Part shown: positions 8,078 to 17,159 of the stretch, in pieces | Layout of the letters: every line of letters begins with the position of its first letter | Numbering within the stretch: the stretch's first letter is position 1 | Source of the DNA: a virus | Lineage: Duplodnaviria > Caudoviricetes | IMG/VR virus record: IMGVR_UViG_3300032212_000055 | Coordinates: 1-40,021 of that record | DNA length: 40,021 nucleotides | Strand: one strand, 5' to 3' | The notes under the pieces: model-generated | Databases searched by the model: none | What the model was told of the DNA's origin: nothing | The model's input: the letters and a program-made list of their open reading frames with translations, nothing else | Made by a program: the position numbers and the translations under genes

Positions 8078-9559
8078 ATGGCTGACTTCACTGTGGTTGT
8101 TTCTAATTGGGTTGCCGGTAGTGATGGCAAGGTCCGAGGCACAGACCCTGATGGAACATTCAGCGAAGACTCAGATTTTACGGGAGCCCCCGCTTATGCT
8201 ATTGGTTCAGGCACTGAGTACCATGTCGCAAAAACAGGGAATGATACAACAGGTGACGGGTCTTCCGGCTCGCCTTGGCTCACTATCGAAAAAGCATTGA
8301 CAGACGGTGCTACCACAGCCGGTGACACGATATCAGTTCATGCGGGTACTTATGTAGAAACCGGCTCTCATACGGTTCAAGATTCGTATAAGGCCAGTAT
8401 GTTATGCAGAGCCAGCGGCTCAAGTGGAGAACCGATCACATTACGTGCTAATCCGGGTGATGAAGGTTCTGTCATTATCGATGGTCAAAGCACTATCGCA
8501 GGAATACGTGTTGCACACGAGGATTACTGGCAGTTCTACGGCCTTCGTTTTGTTAATCATCTTCTAGGCGCTATTGTGATTTCAGATGCTTTTGACGATG
8601 TTATAACAACAGCAGGATTAGCTAAAAATATACGAGTAGAAAATTGCTATATCGGTAACACTGTCTCTGATAATCCCGGCTATAACGTTGCGTCATTAAG
8701 GTTCTTCCATATTCAGAACGTGACTATAAAAAATGTCAAAATTCGCAACACAGACCCTGATGTTCATGCATTCCAGAATTACGGTGCAAGCGATTACATT
8801 ATAGAAAACTGTGATTTTGAAACCACGAAGATTGCCGTATTTAATAAGGCGCATCTTATTGCAACGGTTTCGGGTGGCGCAGTGATTGGCGGCGAGGTCA
8901 AATATTCTAAACTTAAAGGCCAGCTGGCATGGATGGAACAACCTCAAGGCGCTGGCGGCAATGAAGCAGGTTTTGATTGGATTCACCATAATATTTTACA
9001 ATCAACCAGCACAAATAATGAAGAGGCGGTTATACGGTCTCTTATGCCTGGAGCTGCGCGGCAATCAACACGTAAACGCATAGAGCATAATACTTGCTGG
9101 GGTAATGGCTTTGGCGCGATGGTTTATATGGCATCCTTTAATGATGTCGAAATCTACGGCAACATAGCCGCTAATGTAAGATCAGTTCATTATCTTGGTG
9201 GGCAGCAAAATGGTTTTGATACCTTCTTAACCGAATGCGACTACACCGTAGCAGACTGGACAAATGCGAATTATGCAGAAATGGACAGACTGGATACTCT
9301 GGCAGAGGGGTACACCTTAGCAGAGTTTCAGGCTGGCACAATTGCATCAGAGGCCCCGACTTCATTTGCAGTAGACACCCCCGATGCCAATGGCGTATCA
9401 GCAGCGGCAGCCGATTTATTTGACACACCGGGAACAACTTTCACGAATAAGACAGGCTCTCCCGCTATCGGTATTATGCCGGGTGGTAATAACGCAGGAT
9501 GTTATGAAACAGGTAGCGAAGTTGTTGGCCTAACAGCAAGTTACACCGCAGGTGCATAA
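8078..9559 (+). CDS. Right-handed parallel beta-helix (pectate-lyase-like) protein; putative tailspike/depolymerase
   Basis: YHVAKTGND...G...SPWLTIEKA...AGDTISVHAGTY start motif; repeated I.VENC, I.NV.I, IIENC, IHHN, IEHNT stacks. Confidence 0.75.
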   Translation: MADFTVVVSNWVAGSDGKVRGTDPDGTFSEDSDFTGAPAYAIGSGTEYHVAKTGNDTTGDGSSGSPWLTIEKALTDGATTAGDTISVHAGTYVETGSHTVQDSYKASMLCRASGSSGEPITLRANPGDEGSVIIDGQSTIAGIRVAHEDYWQFYGLRFVNHLLGAIVISDAFDDVITTAGLAKNIRVENCYIGNTVSDNPGYNVASLRFFHIQNVTIKNVKIRNTDPDVHAFQNYGASDYIIENCDFETTKIAVFNKAHLIATVSGGAVIGGEVKYSKLKGQLAWMEQPQGAGGNEAGFDWIHHNILQSTSTNNEEAVIRSLMPGAARQSTRKRIEHNTCWGNGFGAMVYMASFNDVEIYGNIAANVRSVHYLGGQQNGFDTFLTECDYTVADWTNANYAEMDRLDTLAEGYTLAEFQAGTIASEAPTSFAVDTPDANGVSAAAADLFDTPGTTFTNKTGSPAIGIMPGGNNAGCYETGSEVVGLTASYTAGA

Positions 9560-11082
9560 TGGCATTTACAGATGATTTCAACCGAACTAATGAAGATCTA
9601 GAAGATTCTGCCGACTGGGATTTGGTCGACGGTGCAGCAGGCGCAGCCAGGGTTTTTGGTAACGTTGTAATCTGTGACACTGGACAATCAAGCGGCTCTT
9701 ATCGTTGTCCCGATCAAGCAAGCGCAAATCATTACGCGCAAGCTGCGATTAGAAATTCAGGAAATGCCTTCCCTGTTGTATGTAGGATGACAGACGGCAG
9801 TAATGGTTTCGGATTAAGACATGAAGGCACACACTGGCAGCTTTATAAACAAGACACGGGAAGTTTTACTCAACTAGGATCGAACTATACAGCAGCATTG
9901 GTGGCCGGTGATATTGGGCGTATAGAGTGCGATGGCAATGACATAACCGTCAAAATAAACGGTACTACACGAATAGGTCCAATCACAGATTCCTTTAATA
10001 ACACGGAAACGCGCCAAGGTGTTTGGCCTAGAAGTAACACGATATCTGACTGGTTTGACGACTTTGAGGCAGGGACATTAACAGTAGGTGACACAGCCGC
10101 CCCAGCCACTGGTCAAATCAATATTGTTGGTTATTCACCAGCAGCTGCCAGCGATACAGTCTTTCCGGTCATAGGCCAGATTGATGTGGTCGGCTACGCA
10201 TCAACGGCTGAAATAGCCGAGGCCACTATCGCCTCTGTACCATCGACAGTGGCGCGTGGCGAATCGGCGGTCACGATTACAGGCTCATATTTTGGTGCTG
10301 TTCAGGGTTCAGGTTCTGTCACTTTCGGCGGCGAATCCTGCACGATAGATAGCTGGTCTGATACCAGTATTGATGTCACGATTCCCAGCGGTATAAATTT
10401 ACTTTATGACGAAACACCGACATACACGTTTGTTGTCACAGCTGACGATGCCACCAGTGATACCAGCTCAGCGGTAGATTTCACCCCAGCCTCTGGTCGT
10501 AGCTATATCACGCTGTCGTCACCAGCTTACTCAAGCAATGCATATATGCTGTTTGGCTATGAGGGTACGCCAGCGCCTGTGACCGGTGATCAGCTTGAAT
10601 ATGACACCAATACAGTACCTAGCAGCATCGCAAACGAGCCAGAATTAACATCAGAGTGGGTGCTGGCCAGCATGCCGACAGTGCCGCAAACCACAGATTG
10701 TCAGATTATTCGAGCAGCGACCGGGGTCAGGTCCACCACCTGGACCATTACCTGGGCGGTTGAGCACACGGCAGAGCCCTCAGTCGGTAGCGCTGATGTC
10801 ATCGGTTACGCACCAACAGCCGAATTGGTTGTTGATGTGGACCCAGTAACTGGTCAGATCGACGCAGTGGGTTACGTGCCTCAAATCGAGTCAACTGTAC
10901 AGGTTACGCCTAGCGTAGGTATAATCGAGGTCACGGGGCTGTCTCTAAACGCAGGTATCGTGCATTATATTGATATTTTAGCGGGTGGCGCGGTCGACGT
11001 TACGGGTTATAGCGCGTTAAAAGTTGACACGCGGCGCTGGGTTCCGATCAATGAATCATCAAGTACATGGTCAGTTTATTAA
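9559..11082 (+). CDS. Virion structural protein: lectin-like N-domain, IPT/TIG-like domain and P..G.I...GY repeats
   Basis: VTITGSYFGAVQGSGSVTFGG...SWSDTSI.VTIP (IPT/TIG); six G.I.V.GY-type repeats. Confidence 0.6.
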   Translation: MAFTDDFNRTNEDLEDSADWDLVDGAAGAARVFGNVVICDTGQSSGSYRCPDQASANHYAQAAIRNSGNAFPVVCRMTDGSNGFGLRHEGTHWQLYKQDTGSFTQLGSNYTAALVAGDIGRIECDGNDITVKINGTTRIGPITDSFNNTETRQGVWPRSNTISDWFDDFEAGTLTVGDTAAPATGQINIVGYSPAAASDTVFPVIGQIDVVGYASTAEIAEATIASVPSTVARGESAVTITGSYFGAVQGSGSVTFGGESCTIDSWSDTSIDVTIPSGINLLYDETPTYTFVVTADDATSDTSSAVDFTPASGRSYITLSSPAYSSNAYMLFGYEGTPAPVTGDQLEYDTNTVPSSIANEPELTSEWVLASMPTVPQTTDCQIIRAATGVRSTTWTITWAVEHTAEPSVGSADVIGYAPTAELVVDVDPVTGQIDAVGYVPQIESTVQVTPSVGIIEVTGLSLNAGIVHYIDILAGGAVDVTGYSALKVDTRRWVPINESSSTWSVY

Positions 11083-11094
11083 GAGGACAACAAC

Positions 11095-11550
11095 ATGGCA
11101 GCCGGTAAATTTTTTATGTATAACACAGGGCTTTTAAACGTCCTGAAACGCAATATTAACCTTGTGTCGGGTACGCTGATTGCTTACCCGTTACATTCTG
11201 GTTATACCCCCTCGACAGCCTCGCACTCCACGGTGGCGCAGATAGCGGCCTTTCAGGCGACAGCCTCTGCTACCGTAGTCAATGCGGTGTCAGTGACGGC
11301 AACGATCACCGGGTCAGGTAACGCGGTCAAATTCGATTTGACGGATATCTCAGGCTTTTCCGCTGCGGGTGATACCTTCCAGGCGAAATACGTCGCAGTG
11401 GTGCATCGATCAGGCTCAGCCTCGCAGGCCGGTGATTTACTGGTCGGCTTCTGTGACCTGGATACAGCCGCCAGCACGGGCTTAGAAGGCACGCAGGTTA
11501 ATGTCACCTGGAATGCTTCGGGCGTTACTAAATATAACGTCAATCCTTAA
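11095..11550 (+). CDS. Putative virion protein
   Basis: 151 aa, beta-rich, RBS GAGGA, inside the tail operon. Confidence 0.65.
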   Translation: MAAGKFFMYNTGLLNVLKRNINLVSGTLIAYPLHSGYTPSTASHSTVAQIAAFQATASATVVNAVSVTATITGSGNAVKFDLTDISGFSAAGDTFQAKYVAVVHRSGSASQAGDLLVGFCDLDTAASTGLEGTQVNVTWNASGVTKYNVNP

Positions 11551-11561
11551 GGGGGTGTGTC

Positions 11562-12275
11562 ATGGCTCTTGAATCTGCAGACTTTATCAGTCAGCTGGTA
11601 CTCACGAACCCGGACGGGGGCGACCAATTCTCGACACTGGATAATCAGGATCGACTGATTAAAAAGGCGGTACAGCAAACCCTCCCGAACCTAAACAGTG
11701 AAGTTTCAGCCACGCCTCAACATCTAAACGCTACTATCAGTGCCTCTGCTCATTTAGCTGACTTATCCGCCACATTAACCACGCAAATCACTACTTTGTC
11801 AGCGAATTTACAGACAGAGATTGATGCCAACGATTCTAAATTTCATGGGGCAAGGGTTGTTTTGCAAGCCAATACAGCGATAGCAGATTCTTCGGCTTAT
11901 GTTATCCCCTTCGATTTTGAAGAATATGACACAGATTCAATACACGACAACGCCACAAACCCAGAAAGAGTCACTGTGCCGACTGGATATAATAAGATCA
12001 AGTTAGGTGCTTATGTGGCGGCCTCATCGATTACAGCATCGGGCCACCTACAGGTTACTCTGTTTAAAAATGGCTCAAGTCTTTTTCCGGGCTCTGGTAC
12101 TGTTTTCGGGTCTAGATATACTCCCTTGTCGATAGCAGAACTTAATAGACAATTATCTTGCACGGCTGGTGATTATTTTCATCTTCGAGTCACGCAAACA
12201 TCAGGGTCTAGTAAAACATTGATCGGAGGCACGGCTGGCGGTTCCTCATTCTGGTGTCAGATTATGGAAAGTTAG
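11562..12275 (+). CDS. Short tail fibre: conserved N-terminal anchor, coiled coil and C1q-like head
   Basis: MALESA.FI..L..TNP...D.....D...RLIK..VQ.T.PN anchor; IPFD.EEYDTD..HD....P.R.TVP and L....GDY..L.V.Q C1q-like pattern. Confidence 0.65.
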   Translation: MALESADFISQLVLTNPDGGDQFSTLDNQDRLIKKAVQQTLPNLNSEVSATPQHLNATISASAHLADLSATLTTQITTLSANLQTEIDANDSKFHGARVVLQANTAIADSSAYVIPFDFEEYDTDSIHDNATNPERVTVPTGYNKIKLGAYVAASSITASGHLQVTLFKNGSSLFPGSGTVFGSRYTPLSIAELNRQLSCTAGDYFHLRVTQTSGSSKTLIGGTAGGSSFWCQIMES

Positions 12276-12277
12276 GC

Positions 12278-13849
12278 GTGCCAATTGCTCACTTTGACAA
12301 CCTGTCAGACATTGGTGTCGTCAAGGATACATCAGAGTTTGACATCCCTGAAAATGCCTTCACTGATGCGCGTAATGTCCGGTTTACCGATGGCGCAGTC
12401 AGAAAGGCTAAAGGCCGTGAGCAGGTTTTCGGTACGCTTCTAGGCACCCCATACTTTGCGATGCCGGTCACGAAATCAGGTAGCAAGTTCTGGTTTTATG
12501 CTGACCAGGAATATATCTACGGCACCGATAACACCAATCACTACAAAATGTCGTCTGCTACGGCAGCGATGAGCCTGGACATTAACTGGACCGGGGGTGT
12601 TTTGGGCAACTCCATTGTCATAATGAATGAAAGCACAACAGACCCCTATGTGTGGTCTGGTAGTGCATTAACCGACGCTTTCGGCTCTCTGGCTAACTGG
12701 CCTGCCTCGATGACCTGTCGCAGTCTGCGCGTACATAAGCAACGACTGATCGCTATGGATATCGACGAAGGCTCAGGCCGCGACGATACCCTGCTCAGAT
12801 GGTCTCATCCAGCCGTGCCTGGTGGGGTCCCTGCCAGCTGGGATTATGCCGATAAAACCAAAAGCTCTGGCCGGGTTACGATTGATGGGCCGGGCGCTAT
12901 CATCGATGGGCTTCCTTTACGTGATCAATTTATCGTCTACAAAGAGCAATCGGTCCACTCGATGCAGTTAATCGGCGGTAATGCTACTTACCAAATTCGT
13001 AAGATGTTTGATGAGTTCGGTCTGTTATCGCGTCGCTGTGTTCAAGAGTTTTACGGTAAGCATTTTTGCGTGACCCAGGGCGATATCCTAATACATGACG
13101 GGCATGACCATCAGCCGGTCTTTGATCGCCGCATGCTTGATTGGCTGTTCAGTAACATTGATAGCGGCAACTACGAGCGCTCATTCGTCTCGATTAATTA
13201 TAACGAGCGTGAAGTGTGGATATGTTTCCCAGAGTCCGGGCAAACACTGCCTAATCTGGCGCTGGTCTGGAACTGGCAGGATAACACCACGCAGATTCAA
13301 GAGCTGCCAGTGGGTACAGCCCACATCGGCTGGGGCATTGTTGACCCGAATATCGACACCACGATTGATGGTCGTACCGGTACGATTGATAGTTATACCG
13401 ACGCGATAGACTCGTCTTACTATACCCAGGTCAAGCGCTCTAATCTCATTTGTAACACCACGCTAGATCGATTACAGCGCCTGTACTATACCGACCAGTT
13501 TGACGGGGCGAACATGACGGCTTACGTGCAGCGCTCAGCCCTGCCATTAGGTCGTGAAACACAGACCGGTAAAAAGTTCGATCCGCACAGAATCAAATTT
13601 ATCAGTGAGATATGGCCCGTTATCGAAGGCACTACCGGCGGCATTGTTAATGTTTACGTGGGTGCTCGTGATACCCCGGACGCCACCGTGTCCTGGTCAG
13701 GTCCTTATCAACACACGATAGGCAGTACAACCAAGCTGCCCATGCGTGTCTCAGGCCGTTTAATAGACATCAAATTCGAATCGACCACCGATATTGACTG
13801 GGAGCTGGTTAAGTATTCTGTGGTCTATGAATTGGGCGGGGAGCGGTGA
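12278..13849 (+). CDS. Tail nozzle / packaged-DNA stabilisation protein (tail tubular B / P22 gp10-like)
   Basis: ~520 aa; GVVKD.....P.NAFTD.RNVRF, LRWSH...P.SWD, EVWICFP...ALVWN motifs; GTG start at 12278 after the upstream stop. Confidence 0.75.
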   Translation: MPIAHFDNLSDIGVVKDTSEFDIPENAFTDARNVRFTDGAVRKAKGREQVFGTLLGTPYFAMPVTKSGSKFWFYADQEYIYGTDNTNHYKMSSATAAMSLDINWTGGVLGNSIVIMNESTTDPYVWSGSALTDAFGSLANWPASMTCRSLRVHKQRLIAMDIDEGSGRDDTLLRWSHPAVPGGVPASWDYADKTKSSGRVTIDGPGAIIDGLPLRDQFIVYKEQSVHSMQLIGGNATYQIRKMFDEFGLLSRRCVQEFYGKHFCVTQGDILIHDGHDHQPVFDRRMLDWLFSNIDSGNYERSFVSINYNEREVWICFPESGQTLPNLALVWNWQDNTTQIQELPVGTAHIGWGIVDPNIDTTIDGRTGTIDSYTDAIDSSYYTQVKRSNLICNTTLDRLQRLYYTDQFDGANMTAYVQRSALPLGRETQTGKKFDPHRIKFISEIWPVIEGTTGGIVNVYVGARDTPDATVSWSGPYQHTIGSTTKLPMRVSGRLIDIKFESTTDIDWELVKYSVVYELGGER

Positions 13850-14529
13850 CTGACTTACATGAGCCTTATGTCGCCTCAGAACCCCCTGTTTCGAATGATA
13901 TTCAGGTCTTAAGAGACTGGCTATCGTATGAATTCAAACGCATTGAAAGCGGGTTTAACGGTGTCGATTTAGAGCAAGAAAGCCGATACCAAACCATAGA
14001 GCCTAATCTATTACCCCGTCTGTTTTTTGAGGGTATTATCGATAGGACGGCAGACCCGGTTTATGAGGTGGCTTATTCAGCCGGTGGCAGCATCATCACC
14101 GATGTGCACTGGTTTGATGGTACAACCGCCGCACAATCGCTGTATTTTAACGTCAGGCTGCCCAGTTCCTTCAAAGAGGGCTCAATCATTCTGCCCCGTG
14201 TACGCTGGACACATAATGCCTCAGCAACCGCCTCAGAGGTGGTGGTGTGGGGCATCAATTACCAGTTATGGCACCCCGGTTCTGCGATCCCTGCGCACAC
14301 TAACGCATTGATTACAGCGACCTGTAATGTCACACCCGATTTACATTTGACGCATGCATTCCCAGAAATTACCGCTTCTGCTGCAGTTATTGGTACAATA
14401 TTAGCGGGTCATATTTATAGAGACCCTACGGCATCCACCGATACCTGGGCGAAAAAAGCTGGATTACTGGGCTTTGAGTTTAACATCGAGATCGATTCAG
14501 TCGGTTCGAACACAGATACGGTGAAGTAG
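13846..14529 (+). CDS. Putative tail/virion protein
   Basis: 227 aa; L..EF.RI N-terminal motif seen after nozzle genes; beta-rich C-domain. Confidence 0.6.
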   Translation: MTDLHEPYVASEPPVSNDIQVLRDWLSYEFKRIESGFNGVDLEQESRYQTIEPNLLPRLFFEGIIDRTADPVYEVAYSAGGSIITDVHWFDGTTAAQSLYFNVRLPSSFKEGSIILPRVRWTHNASATASEVVVWGINYQLWHPGSAIPAHTNALITATCNVTPDLHLTHAFPEITASAAVIGTILAGHIYRDPTASTDTWAKKAGLLGFEFNIEIDSVGSNTDTVK

Positions 14530-14538
14530 GGCGACAAT

Positions 14539-16347
14539 ATGGCAACTTTTACAGGCGACAGTTTTACCTACCCATACGAAATACCGCAATTCGCTTCCCC
14601 GCAATATTCGATTGAGCAGCTATTGAATTATGCCAATATGGGTAATTATATGGATTCAATTGGCGACGGCGGTTGGTTTTCAGATACAGGGTCTTTCGGT
14701 GGCGGTATCAGCAATCAGCTGGCTAACTATGTCGTCAATGAAATAAAGAACGGCACGCCTCTCGATCAAATCCAGTTTTTAGAAGGTCATGATTTAACAG
14801 AGTTACTTTCTGAAAGCGCTGGCGGTCCTCAAAATCAATTCGCTCAGGCTGTTGAGGGCAAACTGCAGAACGTCGTCTCAGACTTGCAGGGTCAAGGCAT
14901 TACCCTCGATTATATTAACGACAATTACCCGATGATTTCCCAGCTGGGTACGATGGATGGGTCTGGCAATTTTCAACTAGGTTCGACGCCAGATCAGACA
15001 ACAACCGCGCCACCAGCAACAACGACGCCAGTCACCACAACACCGCCAGCAAGCAATCCATTGGACCCAACCAATGCCGTAGCCACACCTGACAGCGAAA
15101 CCCCATATCTGGGTCAGGGCGGCATTAACTTAACACCTGGCGCCAGCGATATTGGCTCACAGAATGCGCTGGTTGATCCGCTGTCGAGTGTTTATACCTC
15201 ACCCACGAGCGGCTTACCGGGTGATAAAGTCGCTGCTACTGTTTCTGCCCCGTGGTCAGGGCTGTCGCCTTATCTGGGCGATATGTACTCGTACATGGCC
15301 GGTACTCGGCAAATGGCCGATCAGCTGGGCGTACCTGATGTCACGATGGCAGGCTTTAATCCGTACATGGCGCAGACGAATATTCTGGGTGAGCAGGCAG
15401 CGGGAGATATTGCGGAACTTACTGACCGTTTTGGCGGCACGTTAGATAGTATTACCGGCTCACAAAATCCTTTACTGAGTACGCTACCGCACCAGCAGGC
15501 GACTGACAGACTCAGCAGCATTATGTCGGGCGAGTTCGGTGATAGCGCGTACTCACAGCCGTTTTCAAACCTGCCAGATAACGAATACACCAACGCATTA
15601 AGCAGCGCTGCACAGCCCGGCACCAATCCGTATTTATCTCAAATGACCCAGAAGGCAATGGGTGACGTTACCGACGTCTTCAATCGTGATGTCATGGGCA
15701 ACATTCGAGATGAGTTCGAACTGGCTGGGCAATACGGTAGCTCTGAACACCAGCAAGCCGTGAGCGGTGCTGCTGAAACACTGCAGGACACACTGGGCGA
15801 TATTTCCAGCTCTATGTATGGCCGTGCTTATGACGCTGATATGACCAGAGCATTACAGGCTGGCACATCCGGGCTGGGCATGCAGTTAGAAGGTGGTCGC
15901 CAGGGTATGGCCGGTCAGGAGCTGTATAACCAGTTACAACTGGGTGCAGCCGGTAAGACAATCGACCCATTCCAAGAGGCTTATTCCGGTAATGTTGGTG
16001 ACATTACTCGCGGCGCATCGCTTATGCCGCAGATGGCGGGCATGTATCAAATGCCTCAGAGCATTATGGCCAATATGGGTTCCAACATGATGAACTGGGA
16101 TCAGTCAGTGATTGATGACCAGATAAACCGCTACATGTGGGACTACAACATGGCGAACCAGGCTAATCTAAATTATGGTCAGGGCTTAGGTTACGGCAAT
16201 GTGCCGGGTTCTTCGGCCACATGGTCAGATAATCCTAGTGAAACGAGCTGGGCTGATGCGATTGCCGGGGGTGCGATGGGTTACGCGATGGGCGGACCTT
16301 GGGGCGCTGCTGCGATGTCACTGCCTTACTTAGAGGACTTACTGTAA
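14539..16347 (+). CDS. Putative internal virion (ejection) protein
   Basis: 602 aa, G/Q/M/A-rich; APWS...PYL, NPYL..M, AGQYGSS.H motifs; C-terminal GGAMG..MGGPWGAA. Confidence 0.7.
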   Translation: MATFTGDSFTYPYEIPQFASPQYSIEQLLNYANMGNYMDSIGDGGWFSDTGSFGGGISNQLANYVVNEIKNGTPLDQIQFLEGHDLTELLSESAGGPQNQFAQAVEGKLQNVVSDLQGQGITLDYINDNYPMISQLGTMDGSGNFQLGSTPDQTTTAPPATTTPVTTTPPASNPLDPTNAVATPDSETPYLGQGGINLTPGASDIGSQNALVDPLSSVYTSPTSGLPGDKVAATVSAPWSGLSPYLGDMYSYMAGTRQMADQLGVPDVTMAGFNPYMAQTNILGEQAAGDIAELTDRFGGTLDSITGSQNPLLSTLPHQQATDRLSSIMSGEFGDSAYSQPFSNLPDNEYTNALSSAAQPGTNPYLSQMTQKAMGDVTDVFNRDVMGNIRDEFELAGQYGSSEHQQAVSGAAETLQDTLGDISSSMYGRAYDADMTRALQAGTSGLGMQLEGGRQGMAGQELYNQLQLGAAGKTIDPFQEAYSGNVGDITRGASLMPQMAGMYQMPQSIMANMGSNMMNWDQSVIDDQINRYMWDYNMANQANLNYGQGLGYGNVPGSSATWSDNPSETSWADAIAGGAMGYAMGGPWGAAAMSLPYLEDLL

Positions 16348-17159
16348 TGAATGACGATTACTTATCTATGATGGGCAGCATGCAGGGCATGACCCCTGAA
16401 ATGATGGAAAAAATCAAAGAGCAGATGATGAAACGGGCGCTGTTATCCGGTGCCTCGTCTTATCTGGGTGCTCGTGGTCGTGGCGTCGATCCTAAATTCG
16501 CTATTGGCCAGGGTGTCGCTAGTGGCATGCAGGGCTATGACAGCACTATGCAGCAAGCCCTACAGATGCAGATGCAGAATAAGCGCTACACGGACCAGCA
16601 AAATCGTTATAAGGCCCAGACTGATCGTCAGGCGATGCTCGATAAACGCGCTGCGCAGGACCGTAAGGACCGGCTGGACTATCAAACTAAAATGATGGAT
16701 ATGCAGCAGAAGCGTCTCAACATGCAGCAGGGCAAGTACAACCTCGACAGACAGCAGAATGAGGATGCGATGCAGTCTATGCGTACCGGTATCACGGGTG
16801 GCTTTGAAGAAGGTCCGCTCACCCCAGATCAAGACATGATGATGGGGCTGGCTCAATCTGGTAACCCCGGTCTTGCGATGCGCATGTTACGCCCTGACCT
16901 GTTCAAATCAGGCAGCGGCATAGATTACGGTTCGCTATTGCAGCCAGGCGGTGAGCATACCCCTACACAGCCAACAGAGCCGCCACCAGAGCCTGATGAC
17001 GAAGAGGAATCAAGACTCGCTGAGCGTAAAGCACGCCAGCAGCGGGCAAACTCAGCCATTACAAAGAGCCTGATGAAGAAAAAAGCCATGGAGTTTTTAC
17101 GCGGCAACCCGCTCGATCCTTTCTCAACACCTAACCGGTTCACGATTACAGGTCAGTAA
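16347..17159 (+). CDS. Putative internal virion (ejection) protein
   Basis: ATG overlaps the previous stop; M/Q-rich coiled coil. Confidence 0.65.
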   Translation: MNDDYLSMMGSMQGMTPEMMEKIKEQMMKRALLSGASSYLGARGRGVDPKFAIGQGVASGMQGYDSTMQQALQMQMQNKRYTDQQNRYKAQTDRQAMLDKRAAQDRKDRLDYQTKMMDMQQKRLNMQQGKYNLDRQQNEDAMQSMRTGITGGFEEGPLTPDQDMMMGLAQSGNPGLAMRMLRPDLFKSGSGIDYGSLLQPGGEHTPTQPTEPPPEPDDEEESRLAERKARQQRANSAITKSLMKKKAMEFLRGNPLDPFSTPNRFTITGQ

